From assembly GCA_030324005.1 (NCBI GenBank), contig JARDVH010000193.1:79748636-79808480 (forward strand): 59,845 nucleotides of DNA, written 5' to 3'. The DNA comes from Negaprion brevirostris. Its lineage: Eukaryota. The notes below the pieces were generated by a model. It saw only the letters and a list, made by a program, of their open reading frames with translations. It made no database searches and was not told the DNA's origin. Below, one piece after another: positions 1 to 12,790 of the stretch. The translations under genes were made by a program, and so were the position numbers. Each line of letters begins with the position of its first letter. Position 1 is the first letter of the stretch.

Positions 1-899
1 CTTTTTTAATCATGGGAGTAAATTTTTATAGCCAAATTGGTCTGATGTGTACATCTGTGCATTTCCTAGGACAGGCTTCCAGTTTGTGGTTGGTGAAAAT
101 GCTGCCATCATTACTTTCACTGGCTCTGAGATGCTGAGTTAATTTACTACTCGTGTCATTGTTGACCAAAATTCTTGAGCTCAACAAAGACTAAGTGTCA
201 AATCTGAGTTTCACGATTCAGTTACATGCTGTCTTTACCACTTGCGTTAGTTATTGGGGAAAGTTATCAGTAAGTCATGAATATTTAACTGGCAACAATG
301 TCGTTGCATGCATGATGTGCTGCTTTACAAAGATAGGTGTTTTGTATCATGTAATACACACTTTGTAGCACACAAGTTGAACTGTACAAAATGAACAAAA
401 GTGTTTGAAATTGTTTAATTGGTTCCTCAACAAACTTTACAGATTTTGAAATGTCTGTTTATCACTTTGCTTTTTAATGCTTTGCATCTGTTTAGTACTT
501 CAATACAATTATATTGCTGGCAGTAGAGGATATGTCTTCCACGTTCTACAAAAGTAACGTTAAAATTGCTTGCAGGTATCCAGAGTAGCTTCCTTCACTC
601 TAGCTTCTTGCTTTTCAGTGTCAAATGAGCGATTTGCTTTCCTGTGAAAGTAATTTTGACAAATTATTCTTATCAACCTGCCAGTGCTGATCATTTGCAT
701 CACCCTTCCTTAGTGTTTTTTTTTTAAATCATGTACCTTGCTTGGCCGCTAATAGGAAACGGTTTACAAAATAAGCAAAATACAACTTTCTATTTCCCTT
801 CTCCTATTTGACCAAATATCTACACAAGCCCACTTCCATGCCACACTGCTGTCTCCAACTTATTCCGCTTGGATATCAACTGAACTTAACTCTTTGCAT

Positions 900-2000
900 T
901 TCAGGTCTGTCATTGATTTACAGATGTCTTCTAAAACATTGAGAATTCCTCAAACCATTCTTGTCACTGCATCCTAAAATGCACTTGCATTTGCATATTT
1001 GATCTCTCTTCAGCAGCTGTCTCAAAGCTGTCCTCCTTCCAGTTTCATTTCCACCTTTGTCTCATTCAGTGCTTGAACAAAAGCTTTTTGCCTTCCTCCC
1101 AAATGTGAAGGGTTGCAAGCTTTACCAATTAATGGTTGCCGGCACCCTCAGACCTTTCCCTCCCCCTTCTCTTCAATCCTGTTCCTCCAAATCTTACCCT
1201 TTCCTACATGATCAGTGATAATTTTTGCTCTGAAAGATCTGTCATCTGGTAAAGGCCTCCACTTCATCTCCTTGCCTTATTGAGTTGCACAGCATGACAC
1301 TGAGCTCCCCTTCCATCTCCACAGCCATTTCTCTGGTCAGGAATTTTACTCCTTGTCTAGCGGTTACCTTATCCACCACCAGTATTCTCTCTTTTTACTC
1401 CATCTAGACCCTTTATTGAGCATTGCTGATGTGGTGGTACTACGTTGTTCACTCCAATCTGTCTTCCTCTGAACTTGTAGCATTCTGTCTCAGTCCAACT
1501 CTTAACCCTCAACAAACTTGCTGACCATAGTGGGGCCATGGTTCTTATTAACCTCTTAAATAGAGGTTGAATGCCAATTCTAATGTAATAAAAGCAAAAT
1601 CTGGTATTCGGCCAATTCTTTTATGCTTCCTCCTCCCTGCCCATGGACCATGACCCCATTATTAAAATTCCCACTCTTATCCAGGGCTGTCAATAACTAT
1701 CATGCCTGGAGATCTTCCATTCGCATTTGCCAAACACGAACAGTACGTTTCTACTGTCTCAAAATCCAATAACTGGACTGCCGTCTTGGCTGTTCTTGCC
1801 TCATTAATCTTAGTTCTTCCTATCCTGACTCTTTTTATATTCCTCCTTGTCCAGTCTCTCTTTACCTTCATCCATGACTTGTCCTACTTTACTTTGACAG
1901 CCTGAGCTGTCTTCTCTTCACTTTGTATGTCCAATCTCCCAGCCTCTCTCTTTGTCCATTTCAGGACAAACTAAAAGCATTCTTATTTTTTTTTGAACAG
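900..2000 (+). mobile_element. Very decayed L2-clade LINE fragment
   Basis: C/T-rich strand bias. Remnants resemble the 3' half of L2 ORF2 (aaagcaaaatc..ttcggc; tccaataactggactgcc..ttggct). No intact frame. Confidence 0.5.
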
Positions 2001-2279
2001 AGGTACAACCAGTCCCAATCCACTCTCACTCTAGTGCCTGGCAGAATTTCTTCTTGGATTGTGTACATCTCCTGCAGCTCTACTCAGTTCTTCCAAATAA
2101 GAGGTGATGCTATGTCTGCTCTTTCATTGTAGATATGGAAAATTCCTATTTGAGCCCTGCTTAGATCACTCCCTTTTCTCTCTTTTGGTACATTTTAAAT
2201 TAATGTATTGGTGCTACTTGCTCTTGCCATGAACTAGAAGACTGTTGACATGTTCCCAGTTTCAACCTTGCTCTTGTTT

Positions 2280-2960
2280 CACCCACCCTCAAACAGGAAG
2301 CATGGTTGAAAGGGCCTTCTATGGTTGATCTATTGTATACACCTCTGACCTTACCCTCCCTCGCTGTCATAATAAGATGGAGCTTGGTCTCACCTTTCAC
2401 CCCACCATCCTCCTATATTCAATGGATTATCATCTGCCATGCCAAACACAGCTTCACCTACATTCCTCTTTTAGCAATCTGAAGGGACTGTTGCCCACAT
2501 AACACCCTTGTCCCCATCAAACTACACACTATCCTGACATGAAACTCATCACTGCTTCTTCACTATCGATGCATAAACATCCTTGAACTCTACCCTTATC
2601 AGCATTTCTATAAAGGTACAGTGCAAGGATGCATTGGTTCAATAAGTCAACTTGCCACCAGCTTTTCTAGGACAATTAGGAATGGGGCAAAAAAAAGTTG
2701 CCCTACACAATGCCCACAGCCTGTGAAAGAATTGAAGGAATTTCTCTTTCTCCCAAAACTCCCCTTTTTATTTCTCAATACCTTTCTATGCAAGTATAGG
2801 AAATGCAGTGACTACCCTTTTACCTCTTCCCTTCATGTGTAAGGTCCCAAACACTCCCATGAATTGCAATTGCTTAAGTAAACCATGCTTGTTGCTCCCA
2901 ATGTGATCTCATTATAATAGTTCAGAAACATTGTTTGAGTTCCGTGTCCTCACCTTTCCT
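2280..2960 (+). mobile_element. Decayed Penelope-like element fragment (RT to GIY-YIG region), interrupted by a LINE 3' piece near 2620-2740
   Basis: ctcacctttcaccccaccatcctcc..., gaagggactgttgccc..., cccttttacctcttccct..aaggtcccaaacactcc resemble recalled elasmobranch Penelope sequence. Confidence 0.55.
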
Positions 2961-3649
2961 TCCTCCAACCCTGGCGTCAGTTTTGTTGAATGTCTATTTG
3001 TTCGTAAGCATTGTAACTGCCTCTGGTCTTTCCTTAAGTCAACATCCATGCTTGTTATCAAGAGTAGGAATGCTGACCGCCATTCCTATCATGGGTTGGG
3101 GAACTCTGTTTATCAGCCAGACTATTAGATGGGCTGACAACTGAATCTGTACAGAGCAGCAATCATCCATCTATGAGTTGGTGTTTCATGTGATTTAATG
3201 GAATGCAAGTCTAGCTGTATTTACCTCTTGTGTGCAAGGGGCTAGTTTCTATGTTGCTCACTTTATAGCAAGACTAGGTTGGAAGCTAGCTGTCAAAGAT
3301 CTGAAATTTGAGAATCCTGAATGATGTAGGTTTAAAAAGTGCTGCAAGAACAAATGTATGCTGTCCAAGGTTACAAATTACTACAGTATACAGTACTACA
3401 TCTTTCAGTTACTGAGGGTAGTTTTGGCTAACAGCACTGGTACAGCTTTTTCTAGGCAGTGGGTACTGGATTGGAGTCTTCAGTGAAAAACCTTTTCCTC
3501 AACTGCTTTCTAATCAATGATGCCAGTTTAAAAAAACTCCTCCAGATGCCAGAAACCTGAAATAAAAACACATGTTGCAGGTCTAGCAACTGTGGTGTGA
3601 CTAACTGCATTGATGTTTCAGATCCCAAATCTTTTCAACTGAACTGAGG

Positions 3650-4140
3650 AAAATAAAGTGGTGCAGTAAGTCCCTAGTGACTTGAAGGGAAACTTGTGGA
3701 TGGCATTGTCTACCCTCCTCTTTTTAGATGGTAGGGGTTATGGATTTGAAAGAAGTCTTCTTGAGTTAGTCTCAAGAGGTTTACAACATGGAAACAGGCC
3801 CTTCAGCCCAACTTGTCCATGCTACCCTTTCTGTTTTTAAACCCCAAAGCTAGTCTCAATTGCTAACATGCAGTACATAGTACAACACAGCTACCACTGT
3901 ACATCTGTGGTGGAGATGGGGGATTGAATGTTTATTTTGGTGGATGAGGTGCTAATCAAGCATGCAGCTTTGTCCTTGATGGTATCAAGCTTCTTGGTAT
4001 TGCACCTGCACCCATTGCTACAAGTGGAATATATTTTGTCTCACTGCTGCCTTTTGTGCTTCATAGATGCTTTGGGTGGTCAGGAAGTGAGCTACTTGCT
4101 TCAGAGTTCTTGGCCACATGGGTCCCCAGTGCTATGGAGA
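3650..4140 (-). mobile_element. LINE (CR1/L2-superclade) 3' fragment with a nested CR1 tail at about 3775-3865
   Basis: Homologous in reverse to 48950-49500 (gcagctttgtccttgatggtatcaagcttc). The nested catggaaacaggcccttcagcccaacttgtccatgc is the reverse of the CR1 tail at 32397-32440. Confidence 0.65.
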
Positions 4141-5919
4141 GGAACTGATGGTGAATATTTCATTCCCTTGGGTTAATCCTTTTTAAAAGGTCCTTGTTTC
4201 AGATTTTATACACGTTGCTATTACTAGTTCTTGACTTTTTATCAGGCATTTTTGTTTGTCTGCATGGGCTTAAAAGATGAAGTCAATTAATTGCATTACN
4301 NNNNNNNNNNNNNNNNNNNNNGAAAGTCATTAACTTTTAGCCTGTTGACTGGTATTTTGGTTGAAATGATCACTGAGCTGGACATGGCACCACGTGCAGG
4401 CATACTGTTGTTTACTTTCAAGTTGAATGCTGGGGTACTGACTCCAATTGCAAGTTGCTGGGTGGCACCCTAAAGCAAACTCTCATTTGCTGAGGCTTGT
4501 AGCAGGAGAAATGAGTTGGGGGTGGGGGGGTGCGTGGAATATAGTTCACTGGGTATTCATAAGGATTTTGGCAACTTACAATTAGGGCCCTCACCAATGT
4601 GGGGCTCCACAAACTGATGCTTGCAGGAATCAGTAATCCTTGTGCTCCACTGAATCAAAACAAAACGATTTTCCTTTGCACTCTGAGTTGAGTAGATAAT
4701 TGAAAATAGTGATTTTTTTAAATATATTTCCTCATGCCAACCAAAACCGCACATCTGGTGTTACGAATACTAATTAATTATAACATCCCATCATCTTACC
4801 TGGTGAGATAAAGTAATGTTACACATCATAGATTAAACATGCTGACCAGCTATCTTGAAAGCTTGCACTCAGCATTAATAGCAAACAATAAAACCTTTTT
4901 TCACTGAGGTCGGCTTTGCTGGATCAAACAAGTTGCTTTTTCTTTTGAATGCCGTGTTTGCTGGAAACCAGCACTTTAATTGCGTTTCATCACAAATCTG
5001 TAAGGGTTGCAAAGACTGACAGATTTGTTGGCATGCTAGTACTTAGTCTTGGTACTAAGAGTGGACAGAGCTTGGCCAGCTGATGCTACTCAGCTTTCTG
5101 CAATGTGTTCTTGACGTGCTAAAATTCAAAGGCAAAAGGGCTGCAACAATGTAAGGAATGCAAAAGAGTCAAGTTTTAATCTAAGTCATTTGTAACCTGT
5201 TCAGTATAGGCATTTTTCATTATTTGAAAGGAGTATCTAATTGTGTGAAATTTTCAATTGAGCTTGTGAACAACTGATCACGCTACATATCGCCTCCATT
5301 CAGTGTCCTTCCCATAGCGCATAATACTTCAGATCAAACTACTTCTTGCCTTTATTAATTGTTACTCTGCCCTGTCCTATAATACAAATGTACTTCACAT
5401 AAGAGAACAATGTTACATTTGCCCGGGTACTGACCACCCATACCTGCCTTGCAGCTTTTAAGGTGTGAAGCTCTGGCAGATCAGCAAATTGTCTAGAATA
5501 ATGTCCCAACGTCACACTTGCACCATTTTTTTTACTGAATGATCCAAATTTCTGGGAGAGTTCTTGTTATTTTCTCTCCTCAGCAATTTTCATATAAAAC
5601 TTGGATTTGATGTGTACTCCCACGATGACCATATGGAACAGAAGGAACTAGAGTGGGGGCTTGTGGCATCTTTTCATTCTGTACAGATTTGGAATATTTA
5701 AACAATTCCTTTATTTTTGAGGTTCGGTCATAACGCAGAATAATGGCAGTTATTTAACACAATCCCAAAAACACCCCAATTGACCTGTGTTTTTGGTTAT
5801 GTAATGTTGTGAAGGAAACAAGCCATCCCCCTGTGGGTTTCTAATACTGCAGAATATTTAACTTGCATCTGAATAGATGGATAGTCTTGATTTGATACAT
5901 TTAAACTTTAACTTTTTAC

Positions 5920-6022
5920 CTGAGTGCTGTATTCCTTCAGTACCGCATTGACGTTTCAATCCTGATTTTATGCTCAAGCCTTGGAATGGAACTTGAACCC
6001 ATTNNNNNNNNNNCCTGACTCC
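5920..6022 (-). mobile_element. tRNA-derived head of a Deu-domain SINE (SacSINE1/AmnSINE1-like)
   Basis: Reverse complement reads gagtcagg..gggttcaagttccattccaaggcttgagcataaaatcagg..tgcggtactgaaggaatacagcac, with a B-box (GGTTCAA). Confidence 0.55.
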
Positions 6023-8397
6023 AGTCTTGGTCCTAAATCATTGCCTAAAAGTATAGTGGAGGTGGATTCAACTGTGGCTTTTCACATAGAATTGGATGAT
6101 TATCTGAGAAACTTTGCCAGGTGGAGAGGGGGTGGTGGTGGTGGCTGTGAGGAAATGGGTAGGCGATTGCTCTTTCAGAGATGGCTGCTTCCTGTGCTGT
6201 AACTATTCTATAATTCTGTGGGAGCTACCAGTGAGACAAGGTTGCACTAGTGACCTTCAAAGATGGAGAAATGTAAACAATAAATCTTTGTAGTTCTAAA
6301 CTTGTCACTTATTGTGAAGATCCTTTAATTATCAGAAGCAAATTTGGCTTAGACCTGTCATATGGAGAAAACTTGATAGACTGAATTACATTGATTTCTC
6401 CCTCTTGTAAACTTGATAAACTGAATAATAGAATTGTTTCTTGTAATCATATGATAGTCTTTCTGATCAACCATCCATTATGATTTGTCCTCTTAACAAC
6501 AATAGCTGCCTTCAGCTATTTTAACTAGGTGGGTTTATCTGGAAATGGCCATATTGTTTATGTATTGAGGGTAAGGCAGAAATTTGCAAACAGCACAATT
6601 TTTTTAACTTAGTTGCAAAATGTGTTGCTTATAACATAAGCAACTAGTGCTGATGGATCTTGATTTTATGAAATGTTTTGTCACTTCACCTCATCCATCA
6701 AGCCGCTTTAAACACCAAGGCTCATTTTGTTGGGCACCACTAAAGTTAAAGAATAGAAGGTAATCTAAGTTTGTAAAACTACAAACTGAGGGAGGAAAAG
6801 AATTCTGCAATTAAGTCTGGGTAGGCAATAGGAGTTGGGAGGGGGGGGGACGGTGGTGAGAGGGAGTGAATTCATTCATTACACTGCTATCTTGTTTGAA
6901 CTAATGTTATTGGTGAAAGATGATTCAGTTGGGTGGAGGAGGCAATAGATGAAGAATTCTAAATTTGTACATTGGTTACTGAACTACATCTAATCGCAGT
7001 GCAGAATTTAACCAGTGGTGTATTAAGATTTTGGTCTAAAAATGAGAATTTCAAGCAATCGCTCTAGTTAGTGCAAGTAACATTAACTTTATGATGCGGC
7101 AACGCTAATTAAATTAGGTTGGGGAGGGGGTGGAGGTGTCTTAGCTGACTATGTCACAAGCTTTTGGAAGTTCTTTTAAAAAAAACATTTTGGTTATTAG
7201 AGAAACAATATCCCAGTAAGAGAAACTGTCAACAACAGGGATCCTTTGTAACAATACTAAGCTGATTATTTGTCATAATGAGTGAGGCCTGGAGTGAATT
7301 GTAAATTAACATTTTGTTGGAGGCATGTTGTTTACTAGTTGAACAAAATAATTGATAAAATCATGGACATCTCAAATACAATTCACTATTGCTTCGAAGC
7401 TTCAGTGCAGAAGCAAAGTGCATTATATGAAATGAAACATGTTTTTAAAAACAAACTTGGTTTGGAGCAGATGCTTGGTGTAGATCTGCTTCAGGAGTGA
7501 TGTAATCTTTTGAAACTGAAAATGCAGTAATTGCTGCAGAATGTTTAGTGATGTGAAGCTGACCTTTGTGCCTCTAAAGGAGACAAGACCTTGTCTGAGT
7601 GTTTACAGCAATGGTGGAATAAAGCTGCAAAATAACATTAAAAAGTGCTGTGCAAATGTGAAAATTCTCAAGATGTTTAATACAGCTTGATTTTAAACCC
7701 CTGTCGGTGACATTAGATGGGCTGGAGACACTTTAATGTTTAGTCCATTTTTCTGAGACCAATTTGATGTATGTCGAGGTTTTAATGATTAGTAAATTGC
7801 ACAGAACATTACTTCCTTTGGTGTCCTTCATCGTGGTTCTTTAAGAGCCGCAGATTGTTACCAAAACAGAAACTGAATGGATTAATCTTTTTACTAATGT
7901 AGAATTTGTAGCCAACTGATACTCAAATTAGCTGTCTGCGACCTCTGTTTCATATAAAACACAGCTGAATTATTGACTTTGTCCTCGTAATAAAGGCCAC
8001 CTCTAAATATTCGGCATTTACATCTGCCAAAATCCATCAAGCACATCTTATTCTGAAACACTTGACCACATCCCATCTTCCACCCTACATGAACTTGGTT
8101 TGTACCAAATTTATGCTGCCCATACAACTTCTATCCCATTTGCTACCATCAAACCACTATGATGTTTCACCACTTCTGTTCAATTTAATGTATTTGAAGT
8201 TTTTGTGCTAATATTGTTCTTATTTTCTATGCAACAAGAGCAGGCCATTTGGTGCTTTGCCATTAATTTATAATCATGGCAGATTACCCAAGTCTATAAC
8301 CAATCTTGCTCCTTTTTCACCCCCCCACCCCCTTACCCTTTAATCTCTTAGACCCAAGAGTAGATATAGTTCATAAACATTTGATCTCCTGAGATGG

Positions 8398-8580
8398 AAG
8401 CAAAGTACTGCGGATGCTGGAATCAAAATTAAAAACAGAAAATGCTGGAAAATCTCTGCAGATCTGGCACCATCTGTGGAAAGAAGATAGGGCTCCATGA
8501 GCCATCCAGATTTTAAATGTTTAACTCCTATGTTCTCTCAATGTTGTCAGACCTGAGATTTTCCACTGTTTTGGCTTCTG
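8398..8580. mobile_element. Penelope-type terminal repeat in inverted (hairpin) arrangement
   Basis: Left arm aaaaacagaaaatgctggaaaatctctgcagatctggcaccatctgtgg pairs with right arm tgttgtcagacctgagattttccactgtttt. Related half copies lie near 3540-3640, 16180-16245, 29270-29405, 38570-38680 and 39620-39710. Confidence 0.6.
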
Positions 8581-8589
8581 ACTTTGTGG

Positions 8590-9270
8590 TAGAGAATTCC
8601 TTCCACAAGCTCACCACTGAGTGAAGGCATTTCTCCCCACTTGAGCCTTAAATAGTTTACCCAGTGTCCTTAGATTCTCCCCTGGTTCTAGACTCTACTG
8701 CAAAGGAGGAGGCTATTTAGCCCATTGTGTCTACATTTGGCTCTCCAAATGATGGCATTACTTAATATCATTCCCCTGTCTTTTTCCTCGTGCCTTTGCA
8801 CAGTCTTTCCAGTTAAATAATCATTAATTGGTGCTGCTTCTACCACCCTTCCAGGTACTGCATTCCAGACCCACACCACTCGCTGAGTCAAGTTTTTTTT
8901 CCCCCCATTACATTTTGCTGTTTTTTTAATTGAAAATCACTTTAAATGTGCCCTCTTGGTCCTTTTATGATTGAAAACATTTGTGCCAAATTGCCTTCAA
9001 CTGTACAAACCCCTCCAATCTATCCTCATAACTGCTCCTGGAATCATTCTTGTAAACCTCTGCATCCTCTATAATGCATCATGCCTCTCACTTGTAGTGT
9101 GCCAATATTCCAGAGGTCTAATTAGTGTCTTGTATAAGTTCAGCATAACCACCTTACTTTAGTAATCTTTGTCCCTATTAAAGCCTAAAATACTTCTGTT
9201 CTATTAACTACTCTCCACCTGTCCTGCCACCTTTGAAGATTTATGCACGTGTACACCCAGGTCCTCTGCG
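8590..9270 (-). mobile_element. CR1-clade LINE fragments
   Basis: Reverse complement has CR1 3' motifs (actcagcgagtggtgtgggtctggaatgcagtacctggaagggtggtagaagc). Track ORF 8688..8891 reads TQRVVWVWNAVPGRVVEA. Confidence 0.75.
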
Positions 9271-9687
9271 GCCTGATGCAGTTAGAGTGCAAGGGTGAAA
9301 TCCTTCATGGGTCAGGAGCAATCATGGATACCTTCACCTCCCATGTTATAAGCTATTATAACCAGAATATACAACTTTTTTAGAAGGAGCTCTAGATAAC
9401 CCAGCCACCTCGAACTGCTGTGGGAGTAACTTTACCTCCTGCACACTCTGGAAAGGAAACTGGGGTGTGCATGAAATGCTGTCATCCAGCACTCCACATC
9501 CTGTTACTCAAATGGGAAAGAATCCAAGTGTAAATCTCAGATTTGCTAAGACATGAAAATGGTATTAGGAAATATTAATCTTCAAACAAGCTGGCTGTAA
9601 GATCTGCGTATGGGGGGGACCTGCGGTGATAGCTCTAGTTTTGTAGTTTTAGCCATGAAGTTAGTGCTCATCTGAAAACTGTAGAGA

Positions 9688-9941
9688 CTAGAGTCTACGG
9701 TGTAGAAAGCCATTCATCCCATTGAGTCTGCACTGACAACAATCTCACCTGGGCTCCTTCCCTACAACTCCATGCATTTACCCAAGCTAGCTCCCCTGAC
9801 ACAAAGGGGCAATCTACCTAACCTGCACATCTTTGAGACTATGGGAGAAAACTGGAGCACCCAGAATAAACCCACATAGACAAACTCCACAGTGACCCAA
9901 GCCAGGAATCAAACCCGACCCGTTGTTGAAGTAGCAGTGCT
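9688..9941 (-). mobile_element. HE1-type (V-SINE) element, tail A
   Basis: Reverse complement of the 47052-47358 copy (gggagaaaactggagcacccaga..aacccaca..caaactccacagtgacccaagccaggaatcaaaccc). Confidence 0.85.
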
Positions 9942-10597
9942 TGTCAGTGCTGAATCTTGTCCACCAAAATGGAGGTGATTTTAGTCTAATACGAACATTT
10001 TTTATTTGTCATTATTTGAAGGTTAAGGATGTTTCTTGAGGGGTACAGTATCCTATTCCAGTTACAATTTATCAGAGTAAACATATGATTTCCTTAGTGG
10101 TACAGAACAAAGGTTTGTGTTGTAAATGCTGAAGGTGAAAATGATTGTAGTGCTTAAAAAAAAAATGGCCATTTCATTTCATGTTGAATCCATTCTGGAA
10201 AAGTGCAAATCCTGGCCTCCAGGCAGGGCTGTCATGTTTTCTTCCCTGTTGCTAATAGAAAAAGTGACTGCCCTTTTCAATTATCCTGTCCCAAAATAAC
10301 TTTGATTAGTAGCATGCACGTTGTCCTTGCTCTCTTCCTCTCCTGTTCAGCCTCTGTTTTGTAATTGTTAATTCTTCTTTGGAAGCAGTTTGTGCGTACA
10401 TCCTGAACATTCGCTCCTTCCTATCACATTGCTCACCTACTTTTGCTGTACAGAACTAGATGACTCAGCACAACTCAAACTATGGGGTCAGCAGAAGTTT
10501 ATTGCGTGTTTAAGATGAGGTCAATGCAGCATTTGCTACTGAGAGATTAGATGTTGGCCCTTTGCACTTCAAACACAATGGGGAATGTTTCTTTTAC

Positions 10598-10848
10598 AGG
10601 TTGAGAGGCGACCTGATAGAGGTTTACAAAATGTTGAGAGGAATAGATAGGGTGGACTCTCAGAGGCTATTTCCNNNNNNNNNNNNNNNNNNNNNNNNNN
10701 NNNNNNNNNNNNNNNNNNNNNNNNNNNNNNNNNNNNNNNNNNNNNNNNNNNNNNNNNNNNNNNNNNNNNNNNNNGGTGAGCGGCGCAACTTGTGGGCCGA
10801 AGGGCCTGTTTGTGCTGTAGTGTTCTATGTTCTATGTTCTATGTTCTA
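10598..10848 (+). mobile_element. CR1/HER1-like LINE 3' end with (TTCTATG)n tail, gapped
   Basis: Translates RLRGDLIEVYKMLRGIDRVDSQRLF and ends gggccgaagggcctgtttgtgctgtagtg followed by ttctatg repeats. Confidence 0.9.
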
Positions 10849-11719
10849 GAAGGGGGTGGGTGGGTAAGGTGCAAACTAGCAAAATGCAGCAATTCTGTTA
10901 AGATTGCATTCCATCCACAAAGTGGGCAAAGTCAGCCAATCTGGTACTTATTTTCATGTATAAATCCTGTTGTGTGGTATACTCGCAGCATCACAGTTAA
11001 ATTTGGGTGGAAATTGAAAAGGTTGTTTTGGTGGTGTTAGGAATAATATGCTGCTGTCATTTTCATGGCCAGGTGAACTAAGAAGCAAGTAACTAAATAT
11101 ACTCCTCAAATCTGGACTGTGCTGTGAGCATTTTGTGCTCTTGAATAGTAGAAATAATGGCTGCAGATCTTTTTTTTTCAGCAGGAACTATTTAAGAGAA
11201 TGAATTATGAATACTGCCTAATTATTGTTACACAACATGCAAAATTTTTCAAGCACCCAATCAAAAATCCAGAGCCAGAAGAGTTAAATTTAAAAGTAAA
11301 TAAAGAATCTGACTTCTCTTAAAATTGTAGATAAGTTTATTCCCCTTATACTTTTGATATCTTATCTGGGGAGGCAAGAGAGAGAGACAAGAGAGTATCT
11401 GTATTAGCTTGAATGAGTTTTCTAACCAAGGTAGTAGCATGTACAGTGTGACTTTTTGCTGTTTTGTCTCAATATCTACTTGTTGCAACAAATTTCTCTC
11501 TTTCACATGTGATCATACATTTGCTCCCTACCCTTCCTCTTCCCAGTTATGTCAGCAACGCAAGGGAGCTGCAGTTAACCCCAGTTGTGTTACTGGTATC
11601 CACATTCTTATAGCTTCCAGCAGAAGTAACAATTTAAATAAACAATACAAGGTGAAACAAATTAATAACCAAGTGATTGCATCACTGGAAATTCTGAGCA
11701 TAAATGTGCAGACAAAGGT

Positions 11720-12350
11720 CATCTGGCCCATCATAAAACAATCCAGTCAGTCCCATTTTTCCCTGCTCTATTTCCATAATCCTGTAACAGCCTATCCAAT
11801 TTCCACTCTCCTTGGCAGTGAGTTCCGTTATTACCATTCACTGTGTAAAACAAAACTACTCCCTTGTTGCATCCATCTCTTGTTCAAAATCTTTTACAAT
11901 TAACCAGTGGGTGCAGCTTTTCTTTGTTCAACTTAACTATAATCTTGTATCCTCCTTTCAAATCTCCTTTTGATCCAAGGAGAACAACCTCTGCTTCTCT
12001 AACATAACCTCTTGTAGCTAAAATTCTCAATCCCTGGAACCATACTAGTATATTTTCTCTGCATTCCCTCAGTGTGGTGACCACGACTGGATACAATACA
12101 CCAGTTGTGGTCTAACTAGAGCTTCAGAAAGGGTCAACACATCTTCCCAGCTTTTGCACTCTGCCTCTATTTATGGAGCCGATGTTCCCATGTGCTTTAA
12201 CTTGTCTTAATGTCCTGTTTTAAAAGAGGAAATTATTTACACACACTCCTGGGTCCCTCCCTTTCTTGCACACTCCATTGAACTGTATCTTTTTTAGTCT
12301 ATAGTTATCTATCCCATTCAGCCATAATGCATCACCTTGTACTTCTCTGG
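11720..12350 (-). mobile_element. CR1-clade LINE fragment, decayed
   Basis: Minus-strand remnants of KGDLKGGYKII, plus tacaaggtgatgcattatgg (KYKVMHYG motif) at the right end. Confidence 0.65.
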
Positions 12351-12429
12351 TGAATTCCTTCTGCCAGACTGTTTATGGTCTACGGTTGCTGTCATCCATG
12401 TGCTTGCTTGGGTTTGTAGCATCAGCAAA

Positions 12430-12790
12430 CTTGGAAATTTTAATCTATATTCCAAATCACTTGTATGCCTCAATGTTCTTTGCATGCAGGAACAGACTGC
12501 TTCAGCAGCTGAGGAGTCACAATTGGTGCTGAACATTGCAATCATCAGTGAGTGTTCACACTTCAGTTTTGCTGGGACTCCATGTCCCATTTTGTCAAAG
12601 TCTGCTTTGATAGCAAGTCACTCTCAGCTGACCACACCCCATGAAAACAATTATGGTCTTTTCCACCCACTCCTGTCATCTTCCCTCTAACCTTCTGTTC
12701 AGCCAAATATGCTGCTGGATGATTCAAGCTCTTTTTACAGATCTGTGGCTCAAGAACTTGACTATTGCTTAAGACCTTGCCCAACGCTGA
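12430..12790 (-). mobile_element. LINE reverse transcriptase fragment
   Basis: Minus strand gives decayed YLAEQK..VGG..GVPAK pieces, homologous to 48590-48850. Confidence 0.6.

Noticed and set aside
2438-2452. ATGCCAAACACA (MPNT) as moesin exon 1; similar near-matches near 4734 and 20409
   Set aside because: None encodes MPK, none is followed by a GT donor, and this one lies inside a Penelope relic.
11409-11903. 164 aa + strand ORF
   Set aside because: No recognisable domain, TTG start, and the 3' part is the antisense of a CR1 fragment.
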